DNA of 62,901 nucleotides, counting the filler, from Octopus bimaculoides (lineage: Eukaryota): assembly GCF_001194135.2 (NCBI RefSeq). It is 8 parts of 8 records of this genome, joined end to end, with 100 filler letters (N's around TTAATTAATTAA, not from the genome) between each part and the next. Parts side by side here need not be neighbours in the genome. Positions count along the whole stretch, not along the records: positions 38,927 to 44,176 come from NC_068988.1; positions 44,277 to 49,059 come from NC_068993.1; positions 49,160 to 53,097 come from NC_068985.1; 5 more parts are not named here. One strand, written 5' to 3'. This document shows positions 38,827 through 52,150 of the stretch, in pieces. The translations under genes and the position numbers were made by a program. Numbering within the stretch: the first letter of the stretch is position 1; each line of letters opens with the position of its first letter. The notes under the pieces are model-generated. The model had not been told where the DNA came from and searched no databases. It was given only the letters and a program-made list of their open reading frames with translations.

Positions 38827-41057
38827 NNNNNNNNNNNNNNNNNNNNNNNNNNNNNNNNNNNNNNNNNNNNTTAATTAATTAANNNNNNNNNNNNNNNNNN
38901 NNNNNNNNNNNNNNNNNNNNNNNNNNATAGGGCTCTTAATTGTAGATTTTAAATATTTGAGAGACAACAATGCATAAATCGTAATTTTTTAAAAGAGCAA
39001 TGAATTCTGGGTGATTAGAATATAACATGTATACAATGCGCACTCTTCTACTATCACTTCTCTGTCTATCTCTCTCCCTCTCTTGTTCTTAATCCTTTCT
39101 GTTTTTCTCTATTCTTCTCTCCCTTTCACCGTTCCCTCTCTCTCTCTCACTCTTCCTTCTTGACTCTCTCGTCACTGACACGTGACGAAAGGAAATCTCA
39201 CTTTCTGTTTACTTCCTTCTTAAAGAAAAGACGTGTTTTTCTGTCTCTTCTTTCATGACACCTCTACCTAGCGTTCATAATAACTTTTCTATTGTCTTGG
39301 CTCAACAGCCCTCACTGTTTGTTTTTACTGTCTTGTTCTCACTGTCCTGTTCTTGTTAACACATTCACCTTCCGCAAAAAATCCCAAATTTTATATAATT
39401 TGCTTTGCGGGAAGCACTGTTTCAACGGAGTCACTTATTGTCATTGCCTTCGAAACGTGGAGTAGATGAAACAGGGACAACTGACGAAGGGGTATACTCT
39501 TTATGTTGCACGTCTCGTTTCTCTGTTTGCTTGTTTCGTTGTTTGAAAAATATTCGTTTTCTATGTTTTTGTTTTTATGTTTCCTTTTCTCATTGTGTTT
39601 AATGTTTTTTTGATGTCCTGTACCCATATATGCATGTATGTATACATATAGATGTAGATATGTACATATACACATATGGATATATGCATATATTTATATT
39701 ATATATGTATATATATACGAATGTGTATAAATTATTTGTAAGGATTCTTTGTGAATCAATGAATATCAATATATAAGATCTCAGAAAATGGTTAGGTACA
39801 AACATAGATCTCATGGTGAAATAAAGCAATGTTATAGACTTCAAGTGCTGGCAGGGTACCATAGATATGCAAGTATGATATTTAATTTGTAATCATCAGT
39901 CCAACTCACCAGTGAATCCTTTGTGTGGGTATAGAACAATAAATGCGAATAGTTGTTAAATTTTGCTACAGCAATAAAACATTATTTAATGTTGTCAGAA
40001 AAGATTTCATCATAATATACAATCCACCATTATTAGGTAAAATTTTGAACAAGTAAGATTTTAAACAGTTGAGATAGGCTAATGTTGCTTTCAAGTTCCA
40101 CATTCAAATTTGTAGCAGATTTATAAGGCATGGTCTAAAACTGGCAATTAAGAAACAAAAATAGAAGATTATTGAAATATACTCTGGGAAAATCTGAATT
40201 AATTTAGCAATTTAATTTATGTTTCAAATGTAGATACCAAATAATGTGAGGTTTCTACAGATACAGTGGTGTTAGGAAGTGTAATTAAAAAGACATCAAA
40301 TACATAGCTGATTTATCCTCAGTTAAGGAGATAAGCAAAAGGAATTCATCAACCACTAAACATTAGTCATTGACTTTCACTACCTCGTACCCAATGTATG
40401 TATGTGCACGTCAATGTATATATGTCTGTGTATGTATGTGTGTGTGCGTATATATATGTACACACACAAGTCACCAAATACTAGTAATAGTGGCTTAGTC
40501 AAGTCCGTCTATTGTTGTCTAAGAAATGGGATTCAGTGGCCCCTGCCACCAATCTGGCATAAATCTGAAATGTGTTGCATCTAATCATCTTCTCAATCAG
40601 TTGTATTTTAACTCTTCATGCTATTATCATAACTTGGTCTTTCAATTCGTTATCCCTGCTGTTGCTTCTCTCTGAAGCATCTCTCTTGTTCTTGTTAACA
40701 ACACTAGCTATTCTGGAAGTTATTGGCTATGATACCTGCTTCTACTCCCTTATTGACTATAAACCAGTGACTGGTGTATGGTCTCTTTAACAATATTTTC
40801 ACTATTGCATTAAATATACCTGGTGGTGGCATTGCTGCTGCATTCCTTTCCTTTTGCTTTCCATCTCTCCGGGGATGAAAGGCAAAGTTGACTTCACAGT
40901 GTTGATAAAATATAATAGCAGTTGATTGCATCAATTTGTCCTTTTCCAACAAAATTGCCATCCTTCTGCTTAAGTCAGAAAAATGTATTATTACTACTGT
41001 TGCTGTTGTTATTTTATTAATGTCGTTATTACAATTTTTTTTTTTTTCCTGTTGCAG

Positions 41058-41180
41058 GATAATCACAAATATTACAAGTCGATGATCATTCAAGATGAAC
41101 TCAATAAACACTGGATAAACTTGGATGATGGGCCATTCAGTAACCACAGAGTTTTATCAAACAATCACAGAGTGGCTGCT
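41058..41180 (+). CDS. PLXDC: Internal coding exon (123 nt, phase 0/0) of a plexin domain-containing protein (PLXDC1/2, TEM7 family)
   Basis: Strong acceptor (poly-T tract + CCTGTTGCAG) and donor GCT|GTAAGT. Translation DNHKYYKSMIIQDELNKHWINLDDGPFSNHRVLSNNHRVAA resembles the PLXDC segment 'DNHxYYxS...WV....H.ILSNTHRQA' (recalled family sequence, not a database search). Confidence 0.85.
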
Positions 41181-42750
41181 GTAAGTGTTATTTAAAGATC
41201 TCTTTGTTCTTTTACATTAAAAATCAAAATATATCAGGTGTTTCAGATAGCCTTGAGTCTGTTTTCTTTCATGACATATGAAAGCTGTTGTATGGGTTTG
41301 GTTTAATTAGTTGAATGCGTGTGTGTGTGTGATTAGGCTGAAATTTATATGTGTCAGTAAAGATTAATCAACTCAAATACTTTCTCCCTGTAAAATATGT
41401 TGTTGGACGTTGGTGTAATAAAGGTGGCTTAGCATAGCTGTCAAATGAAGTGTTAGATATCTTCAGACCTAATCCCTTGTGTTACTTCAAGCATTTAATT
41501 TTACAATGTAGCTATTTCTATAATTTCGTAGACATTTGCTGTAATATTTTTAGTTACATCAATTTTTTGTTTCCATTTATATTTCTTTTTTTTTTTTATT
41601 CTGTTACTAGTTTGACAGCCAATATCTTGCGTGTCTTTAGAATTATGCATTAACAACTGTCTCCCCTTTTCACAGTGGATCCAAAACAATCTGAAAAATA
41701 TATAACAAGGCTTTATTGAATGTGAGACAAAGTTGTATTAGGTCTGACAATTTTAATTTGTTTAAAAACCTTTTCTGGAGATAGTTTTCATTTGATTTCT
41801 TTCTTCACCAGAAACAGAATTCTTAGATTAAAATAAGGATAGTTTCTAATCTCTGGAATTTAATGATTCCTTGAGTCAGTGAGAAACCCCTTCTGATGGT
41901 CCTAGATCTACTCCAAACAGCTGCCAAATCTCCCTTGTATCACACTTTTTTGACTTAAAAAAGGTAACATCTCACAGAATGATATAGGCTTACATACACC
42001 GTTGGCTAAAAAACAAAGAGATGGTCCTAGTTGGAATGCTTTTGGCTGGCCATAGATCTGTTGTTAACATTTTACAAATATGTTCAGTATAAATGAAGAT
42101 TTTATTTCCATATAGAATTGACATATTATAGCAAAATGGTTTTAATTTTTGAGGTTCAGAATTGCTTTAGGTTCACCTAGTTATCATTTTCTGAACATGT
42201 CCTGTATTAGAGCAATTACCTCACACACAACACAAACAATTTAAATCTGAAATTTATTTTCTTTGGCTGAGAAAAATAAGTAAATCAACAAAATCTCTCT
42301 CCAGTTAATCTCATCTGGCTTAATGAAGAAAGTGCATGTTTCATAATATGGTCTCTTATATAAAGACGCTAGTGAGGTTGCTCATAGCCAGAATGATTTT
42401 GATCATATAGCCTTTCATTAAGAACAAGAGGATATGTGAACTGTGCACTATATTCAATACCATTGTCTCTCATTTGCCTCTACAAACATCAGTCTGAACA
42501 TCATTCTATCTAACTGACCTCTACAAATGATGCCCTATCATTGTTCTTATTACTAATACTCTTCAAGTACTCTCTGGCCATTATTCTAGCTGACCTCGAA
42601 TCTGTTACACTGTCAATTCTATATGTAAGCTTAAGACCTGTGCAGAAATGCTGTTTTAAAGAAAATATTGTCTACAAATTATTTTAAGATTGTTGAGGTG
42701 TTAAATTTATAAACATGTTTTATAAAAATTTATATTTTTTCATTTCTCAG

Positions 42751-42820
42751 CCAGTGAAAATAAATTTCAGATTTAAATTTTTTGGACATACTGTAGTGAA
42801 TTTAACCATAGCTACTGGAG
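42751..42820 (+). CDS. PLXDC: Next coding exon (70 nt, phase 0/1) of the same PLXDC-like gene
   Basis: Acceptor TTTTTTCATTTCTCAG and donor GGAG|GTAAGT. Translation PVKINFRFKFFGHTVVNLTIATG(G) continues in phase from the previous exon and matches the PLXDC motif 'RVNLSFDFPFYGH...ITVATGG'. Intron 41181-42750. Confidence 0.85.
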
Positions 42821-43849
42821 GTAAGTGAAGTTTTCTCTTACTGTTTTGTTTTTATTTTATGATTCTAGACATCATTTATTAAATTTTGTTGTCAAGTATT
42901 GAAAATGTAGTATATTATCAGTAACCATGATATGACTCGTTTTAAGAATACTTCATTAGGAAGTTAGCAAGATATTTTTAATACCCATCATAAAATATTT
43001 GAAAGAATTAAATACTGCTATTAAAGGTGTATGTCATACAAAACTTTATAGGTTCAGCAACATTATAGCCATAATTTTGAGATGAATAAACATGAACCTG
43101 GCTCACATTTCTGGAAAGTTAACCTAATTTTAATTCACAATTATATTTTCAACATTTTTATTCATATATATATATATATATATATATGTCTGCTGATGAC
43201 TTTTCATTGAATCAGTGACAGTCATAACTTCTTCGTACACATTCCTTTATGCATTTCCCCCCACCCACTTTTGCTGGGTTTGGACTAGGAAGTTTTTCTT
43301 TTAATGCAGTCAGTTTGAAAATTCATGTCAGTTTGAAAGTGATCACAAAATACATTGAGTAAATGATGGGAATAAGTGGTTGGTGTAGAAAATCTGAACT
43401 GAGAAAGCTAGTTTATTCTATTATTTACAACTATTTTGGGTACATGTGCATTCATATATGTGTGTGTGTCTGTGTGCAGTTGAATCAAAGGATTCTTTAT
43501 AACTCAAGTTACTCAGAAAAAGAAAATATTGTTTACCAGTGTAATGTTATAACTAGCTCTTAATTGAAATCATGTTGATCTCACTGTTAAGAATTTAAAA
43601 TCTATGTCATCAGCATATTTATTCATTCAGAAACCTTTTAAAAACCCTTTAAGCAGAACTCAATAGCCCTATCAAGCTATCTCGACCCTAGCACTTACTC
43701 TTTGTAAGCCTAGTACTTATTTTATTGGTCTCTTTTGTCAACCTGCTAAGTTATGGGGTCATAACACACAATCAACATCAGTTGTCAAGTGATGGTGGTG
43801 GGGACAAACACAAATATATACATACATACATACATGCATATGTATATAT

Positions 43850-44176
43850 GGCGACAGGTTTATTTAGCCAGAGGGGAAGCAGATAAGGAAAGATTTGCCA
43901 ATGTTCTGTGCCGTGAGGACCAAAGACTCGAGGTATTTCGTGTTGCAAGACAGTGTAGGAGAGAGAATAGTGATGTTGTAGGAGAGAAATGTGTTCGCAT
44001 GGATGATGGTACGCTTGCATTAAATGAGGTTGCAAAGAAAGAGGTCTGGAGATGCCACTACGATAGATTGCTTAATAAAGAGAATGAATGGGAGAAAGAG
44101 AGCCTGCCGTATGTCGACCCAATAGAGGGACCAGCTATCCGAGTTGATAGTACCAGGGTAGATAAAGCAATTAAGA
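43850..44176 (+). mobile_element. RTE-like LINE ORF fragment (region between endonuclease and RT), cut by a scaffold end
   Basis: RRQVYLARGEADKERFANV...VFRVARQ..REN.DVVGEKCVRMDDGTLALNE..KKEVWRCHYDRLLN.ENEW....P.IEGP.I.V...V.KAIK. Confidence 0.75.
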
Positions 44177-44276
44177 NNNNNNNNNNNNNNNNNNNNNNNN
44201 NNNNNNNNNNNNNNNNNNNNTTAATTAATTAANNNNNNNNNNNNNNNNNNNNNNNNNNNNNNNNNNNNNNNNNNNN

Positions 44277-44312
<36 letters not shown>

Positions 44313-45044
44313 ACGCGCGTGTGTATGTGTGTGTGTGTGTGTTTGTCACTCACCCTACCACATTTTAACCATGATCATCCAGTCATTTTCTAAGTGTAGC
44401 GATTCAAGACAGTTAATGTGATTTAAGAGGATGGAAGGTGGCTGCTGTTTCCAGCATTATGAACGACCCCGTGTTGAGACTTCCTCTTCCGTTTGCGGTT
44501 TAAAATCTCTACTAAAGAATTTTGTGGTTATATCTCGTAACTAGTATCGTACATCACCTAGTAGGGGACACTAAGCTGCTCGTGCCTAATCCAAAATTTA
44601 TCAACAGAGTAAGAGAGACTAGTTAAAACGAAAATTTCAATGGTTGGAAGTCGATTTCACTTCATCTGTGTTACATTAATCATACTGAAAGTAGCATGAA
44701 CAGCATTCAAATATGAAATAATAAATTTAAATGATTCATTTAAATTAAAATTCCAAATGAGTCATTAGATGAGATGAGAGAATTGTTAAGGACTCGAAAA
44801 AAAATACCTCGCGAATTCAGATCCAGCCGAGGTTAAATTTGCTTTTCATCCATCTGGGGGTTTTAAAATAAGGTACCCGTTAAGTACTGGAGACTCCAGT
44901 CCTTAGCTTAAAAATTACTGGCCTTGTATCTCAATGACAAGCCATTAATAAGATAAGTTCTTCACATTCTTTTAATATTTAATTCAAATTTGCATTATGT
45001 TTGCATCCAATTGATCTTTCTTCTTCGTTATTGAACATTTACAT

Positions 45045-45125
45045 ATACCAATCGGGATTCGAACTAGGAACCTATATCTTCTAAATAAAAAGTGACGGCG
45101 TTCTTATCCACCAGGCCACTGAATG
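45045..45125 (-). pseudogene. Decayed tRNA-like sequence / SINE head (tRNA-Arg-like)
   Basis: Minus strand GTGGCCTGGTGGATAAG...AGAAGAT...GTTCGAATCCC has A- and B-box-like motifs, but no coherent cloverleaf could be folded. Confidence 0.35.
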
Positions 45126-46504
45126 AGTCAGATATCTAGTGTAAATGAACAAACATGTGTAAATGACAGCGTTGATATAAATATTTCTTTTAAGTGCAAA
45201 CATTTTTTTTTTAATTGTCGTCTCTAAACATAAAACCATAAACCTGAAAAATAAATTCTGATTTTATTTACCCATTTTACATAGCGTCAAAATTATAATT
45301 TTATTCATTCATTTTACATAGCTCAACACAAACTGACATTTGCTACCTTTAAATGTCTAAGGCGCTGGTTAATGAGTAAAGGTGAGAGGTATAAGAATGC
45401 GGTCGAAAGCAGCAAGATATTTCTCCATTAGCCTTTCTACATGTAGCCTGCCTCTTTCGAGGTATCTAGTTGCGCGCAGTTAATTATGCCAGCTCTCATC
45501 TTAATTGGCAACAACTGTAGTATTGTTAAAATGCTTTTACAGAAGGTTAAACATAGACGCAACACTGCAAATTAGGGAATTACTCATCGACAAATGCAAT
45601 ACCCTTGCTGCATTCACTTTTAGCTGCACCCACTTTAAGTAAGATCTTTATCGTCAGATATTACTTGCCGTCAATATATTTGAACTTAGAAACAAATCAT
45701 TAAATATATATGTATAGCAAGCGTTACAGATTTCAAGGGAAAAAACTTATGCTTTGGTTATCTCCCTTGAGTTTTTATTATTACGGCTTCTACGATTAAT
45801 ATTTAGTTCAACGTTGTAAAATTCTGTTGCATTTTATTAAGGTAAGTATATATATTGGTTTAAAAGTAAATAAATGCCTAGTAATTAAATAATTAAAAAA
45901 AAAAGTTTTATCAAGTAAAAGATGTTTTATTATATGTTTCAACGAATTCTGCTGTTTTCAATACATATAATATCTCATATAGGCCAATAATTTATTATTA
46001 TTTCCCTTAGATATTACATATTTTTTATTATTATCTCCCTTGCATAATTTAACCTTTATTTTTCTAACAGATCTTTCAAGTCTTTTTTCTCAGCTCTTAT
46101 GCACGTGTATCTGAAATGAATCCTCACTTCTTTACATTTTTGTCTTTAATTTCAAGTCGGAATTCATTCCAATGGCTACGCGAAAAAATTATATATAGCT
46201 ATAATGTCTCTCTTGCAAGTTAACGTGATGGTAAAACCACACTGAAAAAATAACTTTAAAACTATGCACTTCAGTTTACTAACCATGTAATGCTAACGAT
46301 TTGTAACATATTCCCCTCGTTTCATTCTACATTATAGATATTCTTAAACATAATGGCTTAGCTAGTCGAAACTTCGAAGTTACTGCCAAATACATTCTTG
46401 TATAAGAATAATAAATTTGTACTCTACAAAATTATAGAGTAACCCATCAGATTATTGTAAAATTGTTTTTTATTATTACTGAACATAAAAACAAACATTA
46501 ATAT

Positions 46505-46517
46505 ATATAAATATATA

Positions 46518-46553
<36 letters not shown>

Positions 46554-46556
46554 TGT

Positions 46557-46637
<81 letters not shown>

Positions 46638-46642
46638 CAGAC

Positions 46643-46707
<65 letters not shown>

Positions 46708-46790
46708 TATGTATGTATGTACGTATGTATGTATGTGTGTATGTATGTATGTATTATGTATGTAGGTATGTATGTATGTATGTGAGTAAA
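46505..46790. repeat. (TATG)n-(TAGA)n-(TATG)n compound microsatellite
   Basis: Direct reading. Confidence 0.95.
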
Positions 46791-47374
46791 CAAAAGAAAG
46801 TATTATTCAACACATTTAGGATTGTATCTATTTGATAAGTTTCACTCGTCTCCACATTACTTAAAAGTCTTGTGGATGTAGAATAAGTAAACACACACAC
46901 GCGTACACACACATCACATCACATCACATCACACACACACACACACATGACAGACTCCTTTATATACTAGTGCCAATGACCTCCAGGAAAAAAGTTCCCT
47001 GATCGATATACCATTTCGAACGGACAATAATGTATTGCAGAAGAAATGGTGAAATTAAATTATTCTAGTCTAGTAAGAAAAAACGAAATGTGGAGAAATC
47101 TAGTGTCTGAAAATTCAAAACAGAATCCATCGCCATGGAGTAGGTTCCTTGGAATGATAAAAAGAGGGAATTACTCTTTTACTTGTTTCAGTCATTTCAC
47201 TGTGGCCATGCTGGAGCACAGCCTTTAGTCGAGCAAATCGACCCCAGGACTTATTCTTTGTAAGCCTAGTACTTATTATATCGGTCTGTTTTGCCGAACC
47301 GCTAGGTGACGGGGACGTAAACACACCAGCATCGGTTGTCAAGCGATGTTGGGGGGACAAACACAGACACACAA

Positions 47375-47433
<59 letters not shown>

Positions 47434-47544
47434 CATATATACGACGGGCTTCTTTCAGTTTCCGTCTACCAAATCTACTCACAAAGCTTTGGTCGGCCCG
47501 AGGCTATAGTAGAAAACACTTGCCCAAGGTGCCANNNNNNNNNN

Positions 47545-47603
<59 letters not shown>

Positions 47604-47961
47604 CATATATACGACGGGCTTCTTTCAGTTTCCGTCTACCAAATCTACTCACAAAGCTTTGGTCGGCCCGAGGCTATAGTAGAAAACACTTGCCCAAGGT
47701 GCCACGCAGTGGGACTGAACCCAGAAACATGTGGTTGGTAAGTTAGCTACTTACCACACAACTACTCCTACGCCTTGTGTAACAAAATCCCAATACTTAC
47801 ACAATATTTGGAATATTGGTTTCAAATTTTAGCACAAGGCCAGTAATTTCGATGGAGGGGGTGAGTCGATCAAATCGACTCCTGTATTTAATTGGTACTC
47901 GTTTTATCGTTCGCAAAGGGATGAAAGGCCACATCGACCTCAGCGACATTTGAACTCAGAA

Positions 47962-48221
47962 CGTGAAATTTTGCGTTAAACTTGGGAAGTCTGCTACAGA
48001 GACTTTGAGCACGCTTCGGCAAGCCTAGGGCGACGAGGCAATGGGTTGTACGCAATGTTTCGAGGGGTACGGGTGCTTTAAAAGCGGAAGAACTTCCCTG
48101 AAACACGATGAGCGATATGGAAGATCTGTCATGAGCGTCACCTTCGGAAATGTGGTATTGTGCATCGAGAATTTGTCCCCTAGGACCAGACTGTCAATCG
48201 AGAGTTCTACTGTGACATTTG
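47962..48221 (+). mobile_element. Internally deleted mariner transposase remnant
   Basis: KFCVKLGKSATETLSTLRQA*GDEAMG.TQCFE...FKSGRTSL.HDER.GR (HTH region), joined to IVHREFVP.DQTVNREFYCDI (catalytic-domain segment). Confidence 0.85.
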
Positions 48222-49050
48222 CAAGAGATGTGAACGCCAAGAAAGACACAGAGGACCGGTGGCTATGGATGAGGAGGAGTGACCTGAAGATAGAGACAGA
48301 AGCACTCATATGCACAGCTCAGGAACAAGCGTTGAGGACCAATTATATGAAGTGCAGAATTGATAACTCTACCGATAGCGATAAATGCACAATGTGTGGT
48401 GAGAGGGGTGAAACGGTATGGCACATCGTTAGCGAATGCCCAAAAGTGACACAACGCGAATACAAACGACGACATGACAATGTGACAAGAATGATCTATT
48501 GGGAACTCTGTGGAAATCACGGCCTACAAAGAGCAAAGACTTTGTATGAACAAACCCCAGAAGGAGTCACCGAAAATGGGAACTGCAAAATCCTGTGAGA
48601 TGTAATGATCCAATGCGATCACCTGACCAGACATAAGAAACCGGACATTGTTGTGGTGAATAAAAAAGAAATAACAAGTATGATCATCGATATAGCATGC
48701 CCCGGTGACAATAGGATCAATGTGAAAGAAGAAAAATAAACAACTATGACGATTTAAAATGGGAAATATGAAGGTTGTGGTCAATGAAGAGAGTAGACTT
48801 ATAGTAATTGGTGCACTTGGAAGTGTCAGCAATCAACTACCAACATGGCTGAAAAAGATCGGTGCAAGTGTGAGGGTAGAACACCTACAAAAATCAGCAT
48901 TGCTTGGAACTGGAAGAATTCTTCGCAGGGTTCTTGAAGCATGACCGGTAAACAAGTGTCACCTTAGTCTGCTGGCTGTGGACAGCTGACACTTTCCATC
49001 ATACCCAGCAAAATGAGCTGTTAGATTTCATAGAAGAAGAAGAAGAAGAA
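48222..49050 (+). mobile_element. RLE-type LINE (R4/Dong-like) 3' fragment, 5'-truncated, ending in (GAA)n
   Basis: WLWMRRSDLKIETEALICTAQEQALRTNY.KC.ID...KC.MCGERGETVWHIVSECPK..QREYKRRHDNV; KPDIVVVNK...IIDIACPGD; VIGALGSVS; LQKSALLGTGRILRRVLEA*. Confidence 0.92.
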
Positions 49051-49571
49051 GAAGAAGAANNNNNNNNNNNNNNNNNNNNNNNNNNNNNNNNNNNNNNNNN
49101 NNNTTAATTAATTAANNNNNNNNNNNNNNNNNNNNNNNNNNNNNNNNNNNNNNNNNNNNTATATATATTTATATATATTACACACTCTCCGCTCACAATC
49201 ATTAAACCACATCTGTTAAAAGAAACATATTTTCAGACATTTTAGTGTCATTCAATCAATATATTGCTGTACCCTTGTGCAAAGTTCGATGCATTTTCAC
49301 CTCGTTCCAGACTCTGTAAATTCTCATTTTTCTGTTCGATTTTTTTCAATGGTGTTCCGTTGTCAACAGTGTTCAATTACAATCAGTGACATGGAATTAT
49401 AACAACAACATAATCGATTATTTATAGCAGGTACGTACTTAGAATACAGTTGTAGAGTGCACGAAGAAACCAATGATTTTGTCAAGCTTTTAAATCTTTC
49501 AGTATGTCTATCATTTTAAAACAGAACGTGTTAAAATAATTTTAGCTAATATTACTCTTTATAATATACCA

Positions 49572-49795
49572 TTAACCTAAGAGACCCCTGACGACAGATT
49601 CCGTTTTTTATAATGATAAATAATAGCTTTTGGAACGTGAGCTATCCTCCTCACAACCTTTCTGCGTTCGCCAATTCTTTTATTTGTGTAGTGTACAACA
49701 CATTCGGTGCTTATAAGTTTGTTTACAAAATCGTCTCACATTCTAATTTCCATTATTAAAAGACAGAATCTGTCGTCTGGTGTCTCATAGCCTAA
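49572..49795. mobile_element. MITE-like element with ~45-bp imperfect TIRs
   Basis: TTAACCTAAGAGACCCCTGACGACAGATTCCGTTTTTTATAATG versus the reverse complement of CATTATTAAAAGACAGAATCTGTCGTCTGGTGTCTCATAGCCTAA. The TTAA-like end suggests piggyBac derivation (inference). Confidence 0.6.
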
Positions 49796-49984
49796 TGCAT
49801 CAGAGTGTTCTGTCGGAATTTGAGATCTGCAGCCTTCAATTTCGTTTGGAGGCTTGGTGACCACATATCTTTTACCGGTTTTTAAAGAGGGGGATATTAA
49901 CCCGATTTTCTAAGCTGTTCTCACAGGCTTTCTGCGTTCGCGATTTCTTTTATTTACTTATGTATGTATATATATATATATATA

Positions 49985-50160
49985 TGGAGAGAATTCACAA
50001 ACAAAAGACAAAATACGAAGACAGGTTGTGTAGACAAGAAACAGTTGTATTAATTTAACGCACGGGAAGTGAAAAAGTCTTTAACGTTTTGAGCCTACGC
50101 TCTTCCACAGAAAGAAACAAGGTGAGAAAATAAAGAATGTGTAGGGGCTAGCAATCTATA
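49985..50160 (-). mobile_element. Same repeat family (copy 3)
   Basis: Reverse complement of 50083-50106 reads GGAAGAGCGTAGGCTCAAAACGTT (core mutated). Confidence 0.65.
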
Positions 50161-50684
50161 AAAGCAGAAAGTACAAAAAAAGTTTAGTTGAGAAAAGTTC
50201 AAAAGGCTCAAAATCTTCGAACGTCGTGGTGTAATGGAGCGATTTTTCATCATCAGATAAGTCCAATGTAATATACTATTATTTATTCACTTGTTTCAGT
50301 CATTTGACGGCGGCCATGCTTTACAACCACCTTTAGTCAAACAAATCGACCGTACATCTTATTCTATAGGTCTCTTTTGCCGAAAATCTAAGTTACGGGT
50401 ACGTAAACACACCGACATCGGTTGTCGAGCGATGGTGAAGGGGACAGACACAGAAACACAAATATATACATACACACATACACACATATATATGTGTGTA
50501 CGTGTGTGTGTGTGTGTGTGTATACGACGGACTTCTTTCAGTTTTCATGTATCAAATCTATTCTCAAGGCTTTAATCAGCCGAGGCTATAGTAGAAGACG
50601 CTTGTCCAAGGTAATACGCAGGTGGGGGGGGGGCTGATACGGTAGCCATGTGTTTTGGAAGCAACCATACAGCTACGCCTGCAC

Positions 50685-50730
<46 letters not shown>

Positions 50731-51075
50731 ACTGCTTTTACCTATTGTAAACATCTGCTATTTTTCCGAACTAGTGTAAAAACAACATTTAAAAGGCTGC
50801 TGTTTTTATGATAGCAACCATTGATGAAGTGACGGTGAAACTTTATGCAAAGCTTTCCTTACACATTCAGTTTGTTACTTGTTAGAGAAACGTGTGTTTG
50901 AGTGATATAAATTCTACCAAATTGTACAATCCATTTTTTTTTCTTTAGGATAAAGGCTTTTAGGCGTACGCATTGATATAAACATGTCCATAAATACATC
51001 TTTACACCAGAGTAAGCACATAAATGTGAAACAAGGTAGGAAAAATTGTACTCGAATACCGGAGGTAGAATAATA

Positions 51076-51233
51076 TACTTTATTAATAAAGCTGCAAATA
51101 CATCAGAAAATAACTGTTACTTAGAGTTTCACGCTCCCGTTTGCCGGACACAAATAAAAGTACCCGACGAACGGGAACGTGAAACTCTGAGTAACAGATT
51201 TTGTGATGTATTTTCAGCTTTATTAATAAAGTA
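51076..51233. mobile_element. Fold-back MITE (~70-bp arms, 16-nt loop)
   Basis: Left arm 51076-51147 is the near-perfect reverse complement of right arm 51164-51233. Confidence 0.75.
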
Positions 51234-51559
51234 GATGTATGTTTATATAAACACACAATTATGTATGTATGCCTCTGTATATGCGGATTTATATGAGCAC
51301 ATGTCCTATATCCTCATTTATCGGGAGTCTTCCTTGCTGTAAGGCGACGGGTGGTTTGACAGGATCCAACAAGCTAGAGGTCTTCGTTGTGCTCCAATTG
51401 CTGCTTTGACATGGTTTCTACGGCTGGATGCTCTTTAAGATGACAACAACGTTACTGTGTTACGTTGTGCTTTTTACGTGTTGTCGTCACTAGTGAAACC
51501 GCAAAGCAAGCTGCAAGTAACAGAAGCTACGTTGAGTGAAGTTGTAGTAGAGAGGAGAG

Positions 51560-52150
51560 GTCGCATTATGTCAGTCAGGTGTTAATAGGCTAAACTTAGA
51601 TAGGGGTTGTACCGATTTGCTGCTAATGAGGAAATACTTGGCGTGAGCGTATTGTTCAAATGGTGGCGACTGTCGCTCGAAAGAAGTTAATGATGTTGGT
51701 AACGAGGTGTCAGAGCATATTCTCAAGGTACAAGAAGATGAATATAAGAGAGAGTACGGAAGGGGAGTAGAGTGAGAGATATAGAGAAAGAGAGAAAAAA
51801 GATTAGAGGTATGCAATGGTGGTTGTTCTAAGTGGAGGAGAAAAAATCAGGATTCGGCTTGAGAGCAGAGATGAGATGATGTCGAGAACGATAGCAGACA
51901 AGCGAGAGTATTAAGGATGAAGCGAAGGGAAGGAGAAATATCTGGAAATATAGAAAAAAAGGGATCAGTCGCAAATGAAATGGGAAGGGATCATATTGAG
52001 AATGAGGAACTGATAATAAAAGACACGGTTCAAGGAAATGCAGAGATAACGAGTAGCACAAAATGGTGGGGGGAGGAAATGATTGTAGAATTCTGGTCTC
52101 GTATGATTAAAGCAACAGAAGAGTGCTTCTATTGAGAAGGGTGATGGAGA
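51560..52150 (-). mobile_element. Possible heavily decayed Penelope-like RT fragment
   Basis: Weak minus-strand motifs VLDIISS...TTIAYL...PLPYSLL....LRICSD, reminiscent of FLD...KPT..YL...SLPYSQ.LR.RRICS. Confidence 0.3.

Noticed and set aside
45807-46230. Possible + strand exon pair around a GTAAGT...CTAACAG intron (45842-46070)
   Set aside because: The peptide is not PLXDC-like or otherwise recognisable, and it lies on a different scaffold from the PLXDC exons.
47385-47703. ~130-bp direct duplication inside a SINE
   Set aside because: The copies flank a short N gap and are essentially identical; typical unmerged contig overlap.
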